Part shown: in pieces, positions 28,075 through 38,096 of the stretch | Position numbering within the stretch: position 1 is the stretch's first letter | How the letters are laid out: each line of letters begins with the position of its first letter | NCBI GenBank assembly: GCA_039028615.1 | Contig: JBCCHT010000035.1 | Span: forward strand, 72,016 to 136,015 | Length of the DNA stretch: 64,000 bases | Source: Myxococcota bacterium | GTDB taxonomy: Bacteria; Myxococcota_A; Polyangia; Nannocystales; Nannocystaceae | Direction of reading: 5' to 3' | Notes under the pieces: model-generated | Told to the model about the DNA's origin: nothing | Database searches by the model: none | Seen by the model: the letters and a program-made list of their open reading frames with translations, nothing else | Position numbers and translations under genes: made by a program

Positions 28075-29715
28075 ATGAAACGACAAACCCTCCTCATCGC
28101 TTCGCTGGTCGCGTTGGGATGCCCCTCGGACGACACCGCGGGCACTGCGGATACCACCGACGGTTCGACGACGGACGCCGGCTCGACCACGAACGAAGAC
28201 TCCACCACGGGCAACGTCGAGACGACCGAGGACTCGACCTCCATCGGGTCGGTCGACTCTTCCTCGGGCTCGACCACGGACGACGAGGAGTGTGACGGCG
28301 AGCAGCTCGTCTGCGATGGCGACTGCATCGATCCCCTCACCGACGCGGAGTTCTGTGGCGCCTCGGGAGACTGCGAGGGCGACAATGCGGGCACCGCGTG
28401 CGAGCGCGGGGCCGAGTGCATCGACGGAGATTGCGTCGACGGTGCCCAAGGGTGGGGCACAGAGGAGATCATCGACGCCGGGGGCTCATCGTTCTACCCG
28501 CGCATCGCCATGAACGCGCTGGGGCAGGCGATCGTGGTGTTCGAGGAAGAAGGGCCGCCCGTCTCCAACGGCCTGGCCAATCGCTTCGACCCCGATGCGT
28601 CGAGCTGGAGCGGAGCCGAACCTTTCGAGCTGGACGACATGGGAGACGTGTCGGACCCGGAGGTGGCCATCGATCCGGCCGGCAATGCAGTCGCGGTGTG
28701 GGCGAGAAACGACGGGCCCAACCCGAGCCAGGCCCGCGCTGCCCGCTGGGACGAGGCCATGCAGACGTGGTCAGACGCAGCTCAGCTCGCCGCCCATACC
28801 AGCGAGCTCGACACTGGGGTGCTCATCGATGCCGACGGCAACGCGACCGCCGTCTACCGCCAGCAAGGCGGTGCCACCTCGACGGCCTTCGCTCGTCGTT
28901 TCGAGGCCGGAGGCAAGGGCTGGGACGCCCCCACCGACCTGGGCAGCATCTTCCCCGCCGACCTTCCGCAGCTGGCCGTGGACCCCGATGGCAACGTGAC
29001 CACCGCCTGGACCCGGATCGCGGGCGGGCCGACCCTCGCGACACGACGGTGGGACGCCGCGACCTCGAGCTGGGCCGACGAGGCCCTGATGGACATGGCC
29101 GCTTCGGCCGATGCTCGTACCGCCCGGCTCACCGCGGATGCGCAAGGCAACGTCTTCGCCGTGTGGCAGTCCTTTGGCGACGACCACATCATGGCCAACC
29201 GCTGGGATGCGGACGACGAAAGCTGGGGCACGAGCGAGATCATCAGCGATCCCACGCAGACGATCGCGGCGTTCCCCGAGGTCGCGACCGATGCGGCGGG
29301 CAACGCCATCGCCGTCTGGCACCATCGCGAGTCGAGCAACAAGGACCCGGCGCACGTGTACGCCAGCCGCTGGGATGCCGGCTCCGAGACGTGGAGTGCA
29401 GCCGAACCTGTCGATGGAGAGGAGGTCGCGACCGCGGCTCCCGACGTGGCCATGGATCCCGCTGGTAATGCGCTGGTGGTGTGGATTGCTCGCGACGCCG
29501 CGGGAGCCCTGAACGTGGGGGGAGCGCGCTGGGACTCTGCGACCGGGGCCTGGGACGATCCCGAGACCATCGAGGACACTCCCGGCGACGTGTACGTGAA
29601 CACCGAACTCGACCCCGGGCCGCAGGTGGCCATGGATGACGCAGGTCGAGGCTTGGTGGTCTGGTCGCAAGACGTCGACGGCACGCTGCGGGTCCTGGCT
29701 AACCGCTACGAATAG
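28075..29715 (+). CDS. Lipoprotein with Ser/Thr/Asp linker, Cys-rich module and propeller-like repeats
   Basis: Lipobox ALGC; about eight P.VA.D..GNA.AVW...RWDA...W repeats. Confidence 0.8.
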   Translation: MKRQTLLIASLVALGCPSDDTAGTADTTDGSTTDAGSTTNEDSTTGNVETTEDSTSIGSVDSSSGSTTDDEECDGEQLVCDGDCIDPLTDAEFCGASGDCEGDNAGTACERGAECIDGDCVDGAQGWGTEEIIDAGGSSFYPRIAMNALGQAIVVFEEEGPPVSNGLANRFDPDASSWSGAEPFELDDMGDVSDPEVAIDPAGNAVAVWARNDGPNPSQARAARWDEAMQTWSDAAQLAAHTSELDTGVLIDADGNATAVYRQQGGATSTAFARRFEAGGKGWDAPTDLGSIFPADLPQLAVDPDGNVTTAWTRIAGGPTLATRRWDAATSSWADEALMDMAASADARTARLTADAQGNVFAVWQSFGDDHIMANRWDADDESWGTSEIISDPTQTIAAFPEVATDAAGNAIAVWHHRESSNKDPAHVYASRWDAGSETWSAAEPVDGEEVATAAPDVAMDPAGNALVVWIARDAAGALNVGGARWDSATGAWDDPETIEDTPGDVYVNTELDPGPQVAMDDAGRGLVVWSQDVDGTLRVLANRYE

Positions 29716-29869
29716 AATGGGGCCCCACCGTCACCGCCGCGGTGGGTCCGGGGCGGTGACGAGCAGGCGCATGCGCGAAGGAACCAGAGGGGTCGCCAGC
29801 CCCCGTGCCTTCGTGCATCCCGACGCGATATGCTGAAACCCGGGACCCCGACCGGAGCACTCAATCATC

Positions 29870-30748
29870 ATGGTTCGTCGATCGATCGGCACGGGTATCG
29901 GCTCGTGGCTCCTCCTGGCAGCATGCTCGGGCACGCCCGCGGCCAGCGACGCCCAGCCGCCCGCCGAGCCCGCTGCCCCTGAGCGAAGCTCCGGCGACGA
30001 AGCGGCGGCCATCCTCGTCGCTCGCATCGACTCCGCCTTGGACACGTGGAACGCCTCGTGCCCCAAGGCCAACGCCTACGGTGTGTGTGTCGAGTTCGTA
30101 CCCGCGGAGTCGGCCGCCAGCCGATGCGAGCCGCCCCTCCTCGAAGCGGTCGTCGTCCACCCACGAGATGAACAGCGTGCCGCCGTCGCGCTGACCGAGC
30201 TGACCGAGGCAATGTCGATGGCTGGCTGTGAGTCGGAGCTCAGCTGCAGTCGCGAGGTTCTCGACCTGCAACCCGACGACCCCGAGCAAGCCCGCGCCCT
30301 GGGGCGGGCCCTGGCTGCCGCCCGGTTGGCTCGGGCCGACGCCGATCTCGAGGCCTACTTCTCGCTCGTGCGCCCGCGCGATCCAGCGGAGCACGAGGCG
30401 TACTACGAGACGATGTTTGCCCACGCCGATCGACTCCGCAACGACCTCACGCTGGTGAAGTCCTACGAGCGCGCCGACCAGGCCTCGACCGCACACGCAG
30501 CCCTGCGCCTCACCTGGGCCTTCCTGCACCTGGCCGATCAGCTGATGGACACCCCGTCGAGCGAGAGCGGGGCCGAAGACCCGGCCGCCCGCACCACGCA
30601 GTGCGACTCGAAGCGGGAGCGCGCGCAGGTCCTTCGTGGGTTCGCGTACGAGGCGGCGAAGTACTGCCGAGTGCGCGGCGACTCTTCGGGAGCGGCCGCC
30701 ACGGCGCGCGCATGCGAAGACCTGCTGCAGCGGTTCGTCGTCGATTGA
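29870..30748 (+). CDS. Hypothetical lipoprotein
   Basis: Lipobox LAAC; helical Cys-containing sequence; co-oriented with the downstream operon. Confidence 0.65.
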   Translation: MVRRSIGTGIGSWLLLAACSGTPAASDAQPPAEPAAPERSSGDEAAAILVARIDSALDTWNASCPKANAYGVCVEFVPAESAASRCEPPLLEAVVVHPRDEQRAAVALTELTEAMSMAGCESELSCSREVLDLQPDDPEQARALGRALAAARLARADADLEAYFSLVRPRDPAEHEAYYETMFAHADRLRNDLTLVKSYERADQASTAHAALRLTWAFLHLADQLMDTPSSESGAEDPAARTTQCDSKRERAQVLRGFAYEAAKYCRVRGDSSGAAATARACEDLLQRFVVD

Positions 30749-30773
30749 GTTCACATGTTAGAAGCACGGTCGC

Positions 30774-31484
30774 GTGAGCGAGCCGGCCGCTTCGGATCGA
30801 CCAACGCCGACCTCCCCCTCGGGTCGGGCCTGGCCGCACGTGCGCGCGCTGTTGGTCGCTCTGCACATCGTGGCCGTGCTGCTGCTGGCGATCCCAGACG
30901 CGGGCGGCGTGGCGCTCGAGCGCGCCTCGTGGAAGAACCCGACGGTACAAGCGGAGCTGTCGGCCTGGGCCGAACGCTTGAGCACCCTCGGCTACCACAC
31001 CGACACGGCGACGCTCGAGGGCGACGTGTACGCGGTGGCGAAGTCGTGGACGGGCACGCTGAAGGCCTTGCGCGTGCCCGTCCGGCCGTACTCGGACTAT
31101 CTCGGGGTTCGGCAGACCTGGCGGATGTTCGTCGCCCCCCATCGGCACCCGGCCACGCTGCACGTGGACATCGAAGAGGATGGCCAATGGCGCCCCATCC
31201 ACGTCGCTCGCTCCGATGAGTACGACTGGCGTCGCGGACAGCTCGATCACCCGCGCATGCGCTCGATGCTCTTTCGCTACGGCTGGAAGCGCTACGACCG
31301 GTACTACCGCGGGCTCACCCGCTGGCTGGCGACCCAGGCCGCCGGGGATTTCCCGCAGGCCACCCGCGTGCGCATCCGTATGTACGGCTTTCGCACGCCC
31401 ACGCCCGAAGAAGTTCGTGCCGACGCCATCCCCGAGGGCAAGTTCAAGCAGCAGCGGGTGTTCGCGGCGGAGGACCTGCGATGA
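30774..31484 (+). CDS. SdpA/DUF5819-like protein (partner of HTTM protein)
   Basis: N-terminal TM helix and GVRQTWRMFVAP (Q.W.MF.P motif). Stop overlaps the next ATG. Confidence 0.65.
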   Translation: MSEPAASDRPTPTSPSGRAWPHVRALLVALHIVAVLLLAIPDAGGVALERASWKNPTVQAELSAWAERLSTLGYHTDTATLEGDVYAVAKSWTGTLKALRVPVRPYSDYLGVRQTWRMFVAPHRHPATLHVDIEEDGQWRPIHVARSDEYDWRRGQLDHPRMRSMLFRYGWKRYDRYYRGLTRWLATQAAGDFPQATRVRIRMYGFRTPTPEEVRADAIPEGKFKQQRVFAAEDLR

Positions 31485-32464
31485 GCGATGGCGGCGGGCG
31501 CCTGGCGAGGGCGTGGTCGCGCTGGGTCGCGCGGATCGATCGGCGCGAGCCCGGCACCGCACTGGCGCTGTTTCGCATCCTCACCGGTCTGTCGCTGTTG
31601 CTCGCGGTGGGCTCGGTGCTCGCCTCCGACCTGGTCACAGTGCTGTGGGTCGACGGCGGGCACGGGGGCTATCGCCCGCTGAAGGGCAACTGGCTCGTCC
31701 AGAGCCTCGGCGGGGCCACTCCGGGGGTCATCGGATGGCTGGTCGCCCTCGCGATGGCCGGCGGCGTCCTGCTCACCGTGGGCATCCTGGCGCGCCCCAG
31801 CGCACTCGTGGCGGGGCAGGCCCTGATCGCGCTGTCGACCCTCAACGTGCACGGCCGCAGCAGCTACGACCCGCTGCTCATCAACTCGTTGTGGCTGCTG
31901 GTGCTCGCCGACTCCACCGCCACGCACTCGCTCCGCTGCCGCCTGCGTTCCGACGGCTGGACCAGCGACGCCCTCGTCACCGCCTGGCCTCGCTATCTGG
32001 TCGTGCTGCAGCTGGCCGTGCTCTACACCTTCACCGGCCTGCACAAGATCTCGATCCACTGGACTCCGGCGGGCGGGTTCTCGGCGCTCTACTACATCCT
32101 GCAGCAACCCTCGTGGCAGCGCGGGGACATGACCTGGTTGGCCTCGGTCTACCCGCTGACGCAGCTCGGCACCGCGGTCACCTGGCTGTTCGAGTTGAGC
32201 TGGCCTGTGGTGCCGCTGGCGCTGTGGTGGCGGTCCACGGCCGATCGCGGGGGACGCCTGCGGCGATTGTTCAATCGGCTCCCGATCCGTGCCGTCTATG
32301 TTGCAGTCGGCCTGGTGATGCACCTTTCGATCTTCGCGCTGATGGAGGTCGGCCCCTTCAGCTGGGTCACCCTGGCCTACTACCCCTGCCTGTTTCGCGC
32401 CTCCGAGCTGGCGAACGGATGGGCACGGCTGACCGGGCGTCTTCGGCGGCGAGCGTCCGCCTGA
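31481..32464 (+). CDS. HTTM-domain membrane protein (SdpB / vitamin K-dependent carboxylase-like)
   Basis: LALFRILTG, QLAVLYTFTGLHK...W..G, FEL, GLVMHL.I...M.VGPFS; multiple TM helices. Confidence 0.82.
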   Translation: MSDGGGRLARAWSRWVARIDRREPGTALALFRILTGLSLLLAVGSVLASDLVTVLWVDGGHGGYRPLKGNWLVQSLGGATPGVIGWLVALAMAGGVLLTVGILARPSALVAGQALIALSTLNVHGRSSYDPLLINSLWLLVLADSTATHSLRCRLRSDGWTSDALVTAWPRYLVVLQLAVLYTFTGLHKISIHWTPAGGFSALYYILQQPSWQRGDMTWLASVYPLTQLGTAVTWLFELSWPVVPLALWWRSTADRGGRLRRLFNRLPIRAVYVAVGLVMHLSIFALMEVGPFSWVTLAYYPCLFRASELANGWARLTGRLRRRASA

Positions 32465-32486
32465 GGCCGGCTATACTGAGTCGTCG

Positions 32487-34868
32487 ATGCGCCTGCCCCC
32501 GCTCCTTCGACGGGCCGTCACCGAGCCCCGACTCCGCCGCCGTGTGTTCGTCACTGCGCTGGCGATCGCGGTGAGCCCCCTGCCCTTGGTCGGCACGCTG
32601 GGCTACGAGCACGGCTTACTGTTCACCGCCCCGATGTCGTTGCTCGGCCTGGGGGCGGGTGTCGATGCGGCGCGGCGGGTCCAAGCCTCGAACGATTCCG
32701 AAGAAGAACTGGCCTCGTTCGTGAACCGGGCGGGCCCGCTGATGCTCATGGAAGTGCTGGCGCTGGTGGGCCTCGTACTCGCCGTGCAGCTCGTCGCTCA
32801 GCTGTACAACCCCACCTGCGACCTCCTCGAGGGGTTGGCCTTCTTTGGACTGGGGCCCGTGCTCTCCGGGCTGCTGGGAGGCGTGTGCGGACTCTGGGGT
32901 GCGGTCGTAGCCTCGAAACGCCACCGCCGACGTCAGCTGCTGATCGGGTCGTTGCCGATGGTGGCCAGCCTGATCATCGGCGTGCGCCGGATCTATGCCG
33001 ACCCGGTGGTCTTCGTCCACGATCCCTTCTGGGCGTACTTTGCCGGTCCCCTCTACGACGAGGCCGTGGCCGTCACTCCGCGCTACGTGTGGTTTCGCGT
33101 CTACAACGTGGCCACCGCTCTCGCGGCCGTGCTCGCCCTGCACCTGTGGGCGCTCCCCTCCGGCCGTCTCGGGTCGCTCGGGCGGGTGAAGTCGCGCCCG
33201 TGGTCCGCCGCCGCCTTGGCCACGCTCGTGACCGTGAGCGGATGGTTCGGCCTGCAGCCGGAGCGGCACCACTTCCATGCCACCGTCGACAGCCTCGCCA
33301 CCGAGCTTCCCGGCACGCTCACCACCGAGCACTTCGTGATCCACTACGACCCGCGGGGTCCCGCTGCGCAGCACCTCGAGCTGGTCGCCGCCGAGCACGA
33401 ATTCGCGTGGCATCGCCTGGCCTCTCGGCTCGGCCGCGAACCCGAGGTCCCCGTGCACAGCTTCGTGTTCCCCGATTCCGACCGCAAACGGGTGCTGATG
33501 GGCGCGGGCCGGACCGAGGTCTCCCCTCCGTGGCGTGGGCACCTGTACCTCAACGACAGCCCGTTTCCGCATCGGGTGCTGCACCACGAGCTCGCGCATT
33601 CGTTCTCGGCCCCCCTGGGCGATCCGCTGCTCGGCATCGCCGGGGACATCGGCCTTGGGGGCGTGCGCATCAACTTGGCGCTGGTCGAAGGCTTCGCCGA
33701 AGCGCTCGCCCAGCGCCCGCGCGTGGGACTCGACCTGCACGACCAGGCGGCCGTGCTGCACCGCCTCGAGAAGCGCCCGCCGCTCGAGTCGTTGATGGGT
33801 CTCTCGTTCTGGGGAAAGTCCTCTCGGCATGCCTACGCCGCGGCCGGCTCGTTCTGCCTGTGGCTCGCCGAGACCCGCGGCATCGATCGGCTGGCCACGC
33901 TGTACGGCAACGCGGGGGACTTCGAGCCCGCCTATGGGGTGCCGCTGTCCGAGCTCGAAGCCGAGTGGATCGAGTTCCTCGAGCAGCGACCCATCCGCCC
34001 GCGCGACATCGAGGCCCAGCGTCAGCGCTACAAGAAGCGAGCGATCTTCCAACGGCCCTGTGCGCACCGTTCGGCCAACCTCCGCAAGGAAGCCCGCCAC
34101 GCCACGGCTCGGGGCGATCACGAGGGCAGCGTCGAGCGGCTGGAGACGGTGTGCGCCATCGAGCCGCAGCGCACGCAGCATCGAATCACCCTCGCGATGG
34201 CACAGGCGCGAGCCGGTCATGCCGACGACGCCCTCGCCACCCTCGAGGATGCCGCCCAGACCCCGGACCTGACCCACACCCTGGCCTCGGCCATCGACGA
34301 GCGTCTCGGTGATCTGGCCGCCAGCTCCGGCGACCTCGCCTCGGCCCGCGCCTACTATCAGCAGGCCCAGTCGCGCAGCGTCTCGGAGCGAGTCGCCCGC
34401 ACGCTGCAGGTCAAAGAACGCAGCACTCGGGACCCGCAGCTGGCCGCGTTGGTGCTCGAGTACTTCGGTCCCTTCGAGGCGACCCAGAGCCCTGCCGCTC
34501 GGGCAGCGCTGAAGGTGTACATGGCCACTCGGATCGCCGAGCTCGAATCACAGGCCCCGCTGGGCTCGTACCTGCTCGGGCAGCAGTTGCTCTCGCTGCA
34601 TCGCGGGCCCGAGGCCGCCGAAGCGTTCGGACGTGCGCTGGCTCCCGCTGACGGAGACGAGCCGCTGCACACCGCCGAGCTGCGTCGCGCCGCACGAGAG
34701 GGCCTGCTCAACGCTCACGTGCGCAATCGAGACTACGCCGAGGCCGAGGCCGTGCTCGAGCCGCTGGTGGCCGACCCCGAGATCGGCAACGGCCATCGCT
34801 ACACCTACCAGCTGTGGTCCGAGCGCATCGAGTTCTTCCGCGAGTATCGGCCCCCAACCACGCGCTAG
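32487..34868 (+). CDS. Polytopic membrane protein with gluzincin (peptidase MA-like) domain and TPR-like tail
   Basis: About 7 TM helices, TEHFVIHY, LHHELAH, downstream EGFAE third ligand, helical repeats. Confidence 0.75.
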   Translation: MRLPPLLRRAVTEPRLRRRVFVTALAIAVSPLPLVGTLGYEHGLLFTAPMSLLGLGAGVDAARRVQASNDSEEELASFVNRAGPLMLMEVLALVGLVLAVQLVAQLYNPTCDLLEGLAFFGLGPVLSGLLGGVCGLWGAVVASKRHRRRQLLIGSLPMVASLIIGVRRIYADPVVFVHDPFWAYFAGPLYDEAVAVTPRYVWFRVYNVATALAAVLALHLWALPSGRLGSLGRVKSRPWSAAALATLVTVSGWFGLQPERHHFHATVDSLATELPGTLTTEHFVIHYDPRGPAAQHLELVAAEHEFAWHRLASRLGREPEVPVHSFVFPDSDRKRVLMGAGRTEVSPPWRGHLYLNDSPFPHRVLHHELAHSFSAPLGDPLLGIAGDIGLGGVRINLALVEGFAEALAQRPRVGLDLHDQAAVLHRLEKRPPLESLMGLSFWGKSSRHAYAAAGSFCLWLAETRGIDRLATLYGNAGDFEPAYGVPLSELEAEWIEFLEQRPIRPRDIEAQRQRYKKRAIFQRPCAHRSANLRKEARHATARGDHEGSVERLETVCAIEPQRTQHRITLAMAQARAGHADDALATLEDAAQTPDLTHTLASAIDERLGDLAASSGDLASARAYYQQAQSRSVSERVARTLQVKERSTRDPQLAALVLEYFGPFEATQSPAARAALKVYMATRIAELESQAPLGSYLLGQQLLSLHRGPEAAEAFGRALAPADGDEPLHTAELRRAAREGLLNAHVRNRDYAEAEAVLEPLVADPEIGNGHRYTYQLWSERIEFFREYRPPTTR

Positions 34869-34964
34869 CGCCCTTGTCGGGGTCATGAGTTCACTCGCCG
34901 GGGCCGAATCCGCGCCGCTCACAATTTCTGCAATCGAATTCGCGACGGGTGTGACGAGCCCGGC

Positions 34965-36467
34965 GTGAGAACCAAGACCCCCACGTTGTTGTGCGCCGCC
35001 ATCGCCGTACTCGGCTCGATCACGGCGTGCGACACCCCCCTCGATGGCGAGCTCGACGCGGGCATCGAGGTCGGGCCCCGACTCTACGGCAACACCAGCT
35101 ACTACTGGCCGGGCGAGCCCCCGATGATCCCCGTGTGCTGGGAGAACCCCGCGGCCGCCAGCGCAGAGCGACGCGGCTGGGTACGCGACGCCATCCAGTC
35201 GAACTGGACTCGATACGCCCGCGTCAACTTCGTGCAGTGGGACACCTGCACCTCGGACGAGGCCGGCCTGCACATCAACATCCAAGACGCGCGCTCGTCT
35301 GCGCCCGGCGGCGTGCTCCTGGACGGAGTCGACGACGGCATGACCCTCAACCTGTCCTACGACAGCTGGGGCCCAGACTGGTGCCGACAGAACGAGGCCA
35401 ACCGCGAGCACTGCGTTCGTGCCGTCGCCCTCCACGAGTTCGGACACGTGCTCGGCTTCCATCACGAGGAAGAGCGACCCGACTACGTCGAGCCGCCCGG
35501 GCTCCCCGCCGGTCACGCTTGCGAGGACCAAGACTGGGACAACCCCAACCCCCACCCCCTCGGGGCCTACGACGTCGACTCGGTCATGAGCTACTGCGGG
35601 CAGCCCTTCGACGACCCCGCCTCGTGGAAGACCACCCTCTCGCCCGGCGACATCGCAGCCGTGCAGAGTGCGTATGGTCGACGCATCGCCGGGAGCACCG
35701 TCTCCACACGCGGCGCCTGCATGGCCGCCCACGCCGACGCCCCCAACGGCGCAGACGTCTTCATGTGGGACTGCGACGAAGCCCACGACGACCAGGAGTG
35801 GATCCGCGACGGCGACCACCTCATGCTCGCTCCCAATCGCTGCATGGAGACCGGGGGCGGCGTCGGTTCCGACGGTCGCCTGTGGAGCTGCGACTCCTTC
35901 TCCATGCAGGACTGGGCCTTCGAGAACATCCAGGTCCGCGGTTGGGGCGGCCTGTGCCTCGACCTGCAAAACGGCGACACCACCCCGTGGACCAACATCC
36001 AGATGTGGGACTGCGACGCGCTGGGTGGCGCCAACCAGGAGTGGACGATCACCGACAGCGGCGAGATTCGCTTCGGCGGCCCCGGCTCCGACAGCTGCGT
36101 GACCGCCTACGCCGGCCAAGTCTTCATCCACAGCTGCGACTACCCCTACTACCAGCAGTTCGACTTCCTGCCCGGCGGAGAGATTCGCCCCCGAAACCAA
36201 GCCGGCCTCTGCCTCGACGTACAGGCCTGGACCACCGCCGAGTACCTCGCGGGCAACGGCCTGCCCGGCAACGGCGACAACGTCCAGACCTTCTCGTGCT
36301 GGGCCGACCAGCTCAACCAGAAGTGGAACTTCACCGGTCGCGTGCACCAGTCGAGCTCCAACCTGTGCCTCGACCGCGAGAACAACGGCACGCACAACGG
36401 CACGCGGGTGCAGTCGTTTACGTGTAACGAGACCTCCGCGCAGGTCTGGGACTACTACTTCAAGTAG
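34965..36467 (+). CDS. Lipoprotein: astacin-like (M12A) metalloprotease + ricin-B lectin domains
   Basis: Lipobox ITAC; HEFGHVLGFHHEEERPD; YDVDSVMSYC Met-turn; CLD....G...Q.W.C....NQ.W repeats. Confidence 0.9.
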   Translation: MRTKTPTLLCAAIAVLGSITACDTPLDGELDAGIEVGPRLYGNTSYYWPGEPPMIPVCWENPAAASAERRGWVRDAIQSNWTRYARVNFVQWDTCTSDEAGLHINIQDARSSAPGGVLLDGVDDGMTLNLSYDSWGPDWCRQNEANREHCVRAVALHEFGHVLGFHHEEERPDYVEPPGLPAGHACEDQDWDNPNPHPLGAYDVDSVMSYCGQPFDDPASWKTTLSPGDIAAVQSAYGRRIAGSTVSTRGACMAAHADAPNGADVFMWDCDEAHDDQEWIRDGDHLMLAPNRCMETGGGVGSDGRLWSCDSFSMQDWAFENIQVRGWGGLCLDLQNGDTTPWTNIQMWDCDALGGANQEWTITDSGEIRFGGPGSDSCVTAYAGQVFIHSCDYPYYQQFDFLPGGEIRPRNQAGLCLDVQAWTTAEYLAGNGLPGNGDNVQTFSCWADQLNQKWNFTGRVHQSSSNLCLDRENNGTHNGTRVQSFTCNETSAQVWDYYFK

Positions 36468-36586
36468 CCGCTCGTGGGCGTGAGCCGCCCCGCGGTTACG
36501 CACGAGAAGCAGTGGGTGTCAGAGACGATCGAGGGCCGACTTGCGCCGAGCAGGCCGGCCCTCGACGGCGCGTTCGCAAACGGGGC

Positions 36587-37327
36587 TCAAAGCTCGATGC
36601 TGGCGTCCTTCGGGCGGTCTATGGCCAGTAAGGCCTGTCGTTCTTCCGCGCGCACGAGCGACTGGCGGAAGGACACCTGTCGGAGCGCGGAGTCTCGCAT
36701 CGAGGCGATGATCGTGGCCGCGCCCTTGGCCGTCAGGTACGTGCTGGATAGGTCCACCATCGTCAGGGATTCGAGTTTCGCGCTCGCAATGACGGCGGCC
36801 GCGCCATCCTGCACGAAGTTGCCGCACAGGTTGAGGAGCCGCAGGCCAGCAGCGCAGGGCGCCTCGGCGAGGGCCTCGACGGTGGCCTCCGTGACTCCAC
36901 TCTTCCACAGGTGGAGCCCTTCCAGGCCGCTCAGGTGTGGCGAGGTGACGAGAGCGCGAGTCGCATCGTCGCCGAACTCGGCCAGGCTCATGTCGAGAGT
37001 CCGGACGTGCTGTAGCTGGGGCGCGCGTCCGAGGGCGGCCACTTCCTGCTCCTCGAGAGACTGACACTGCAAGCTGAAGTAGACGTGAGCGTCACGGGGG
37101 AGCTCGGGGGCGACGAGCTCGAGTTCGGCCAAACTCCGGACCTCGAACACCGCGCTGCCCTTTGCCGCCGTATGGGCCAGACGCATCGGCGATGGGCTCC
37201 GAGATGCCTGGAACCCGTCGGTGCATGCCTGCAAGGCCGAGGGATCGAGCTCGGAGCTCCCGTCCCGTTCGGAGCGAAGGGCAGCAATGGCTGCCGCCAG
37301 CCTCTCGATCTCGTCGTCGGAACTCAC
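36587..37327 (-). CDS. Leucine-rich repeat (RI-like) protein
   Basis: LxxLxLxxNx-type repeats (LRLLNLCGNFV, LEGLHLWKSGV, LTMVDLSSTYL). Confidence 0.75.
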   Translation of the reverse strand: MSSDDEIERLAAAIAALRSERDGSSELDPSALQACTDGFQASRSPSPMRLAHTAAKGSAVFEVRSLAELELVAPELPRDAHVYFSLQCQSLEEQEVAALGRAPQLQHVRTLDMSLAEFGDDATRALVTSPHLSGLEGLHLWKSGVTEATVEALAEAPCAAGLRLLNLCGNFVQDGAAAVIASAKLESLTMVDLSSTYLTAKGAATIIASMRDSALRQVSFRQSLVRAEERQALLAIDRPKDASIEL

Positions 37328-37394
37328 GGTGAAGGACTATAGCGTTCTTCGTACAGCCCGCGACGGTTCCGCTCCCATAGCGACGGTTCGTCGT

Positions 37395-38018
37395 TCACGG
37401 CATGCCCCACGCCTTCTCGAACGAGGGGCGCTGTTGGAATCGCGCGAGCCATTTCTCGACGTGGTCATGCCCCTCGGTGCTCACACCAACGAACGCCGCA
37501 TGGCTGACGCCCCCGGCCACGATGAGATCGACGAGCGTGAAGTGGTCTCCCACCAGATGGTCACGCGTGGCGAGGCGTGCATCGAGGATCGCGAGGAGGT
37601 CCTGCAGCTCACGACGCGCCAGCTCGGCCTGGCCTTCGTGGCGGAACGAGGCATCGACCCGTTCGCCGGTCGCCAGGTGTAGCTGCTTGAACGCGCTGGA
37701 GAAGGTCACATACATCCACGTGCTCCACGAAAGCGCCTCGAGTCGTTCGGGCGCGTTCGGGGCCGGCCACAGGCCGCGCTCCACCCCGTAGCGGTCGCCG
37801 AGCCATTGCAGGATCGCCAGCGCCTCGAACATCGGCGTACCGTCTACGACCAGCGTGGGCACCTTGCCGTTGGGATTTCGCGCCAGGAACTCCGCCTTCT
37901 TCTGATCGCCGGCCTGTAGATCGAGCAGCACCAGCTCGTGGGGCACCTGGAGTTCCTCCATCGCGTGAACGACGGGGATGGCGCTGGACATGGGGGCGGC
38001 ATAGAGGGTGATGGTCAT
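37395..38018 (-). CDS. Glutathione S-transferase
   Basis: NPNGKVPTL, FEALAILQWL, LVGDHFTLVDL. GAGGAG RBS upstream of ATG 38018. Confidence 0.92.
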   Translation of the reverse strand: MTITLYAAPMSSAIPVVHAMEELQVPHELVLLDLQAGDQKKAEFLARNPNGKVPTLVVDGTPMFEALAILQWLGDRYGVERGLWPAPNAPERLEALSWSTWMYVTFSSAFKQLHLATGERVDASFRHEGQAELARRELQDLLAILDARLATRDHLVGDHFTLVDLIVAGGVSHAAFVGVSTEGHDHVEKWLARFQQRPSFEKAWGMP

Positions 38019-38052
38019 TTTCGGGTTCTCCTCGGCCGCCACGCTACGACCA

Positions 38053-38077
38053 ATTGCGGACAGAATCGGTCCTCAAT
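38053..38077. promoter_or_regulatory. Palindromic operator between divergent GST and WYL regulator genes
   Basis: attgcggac-N7-gtcctcaat (8/9 inverted match) in the 78-bp intergenic region. Confidence 0.6.
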
Positions 38078-38096
38078 CGATCGTAGACTTCGCACC

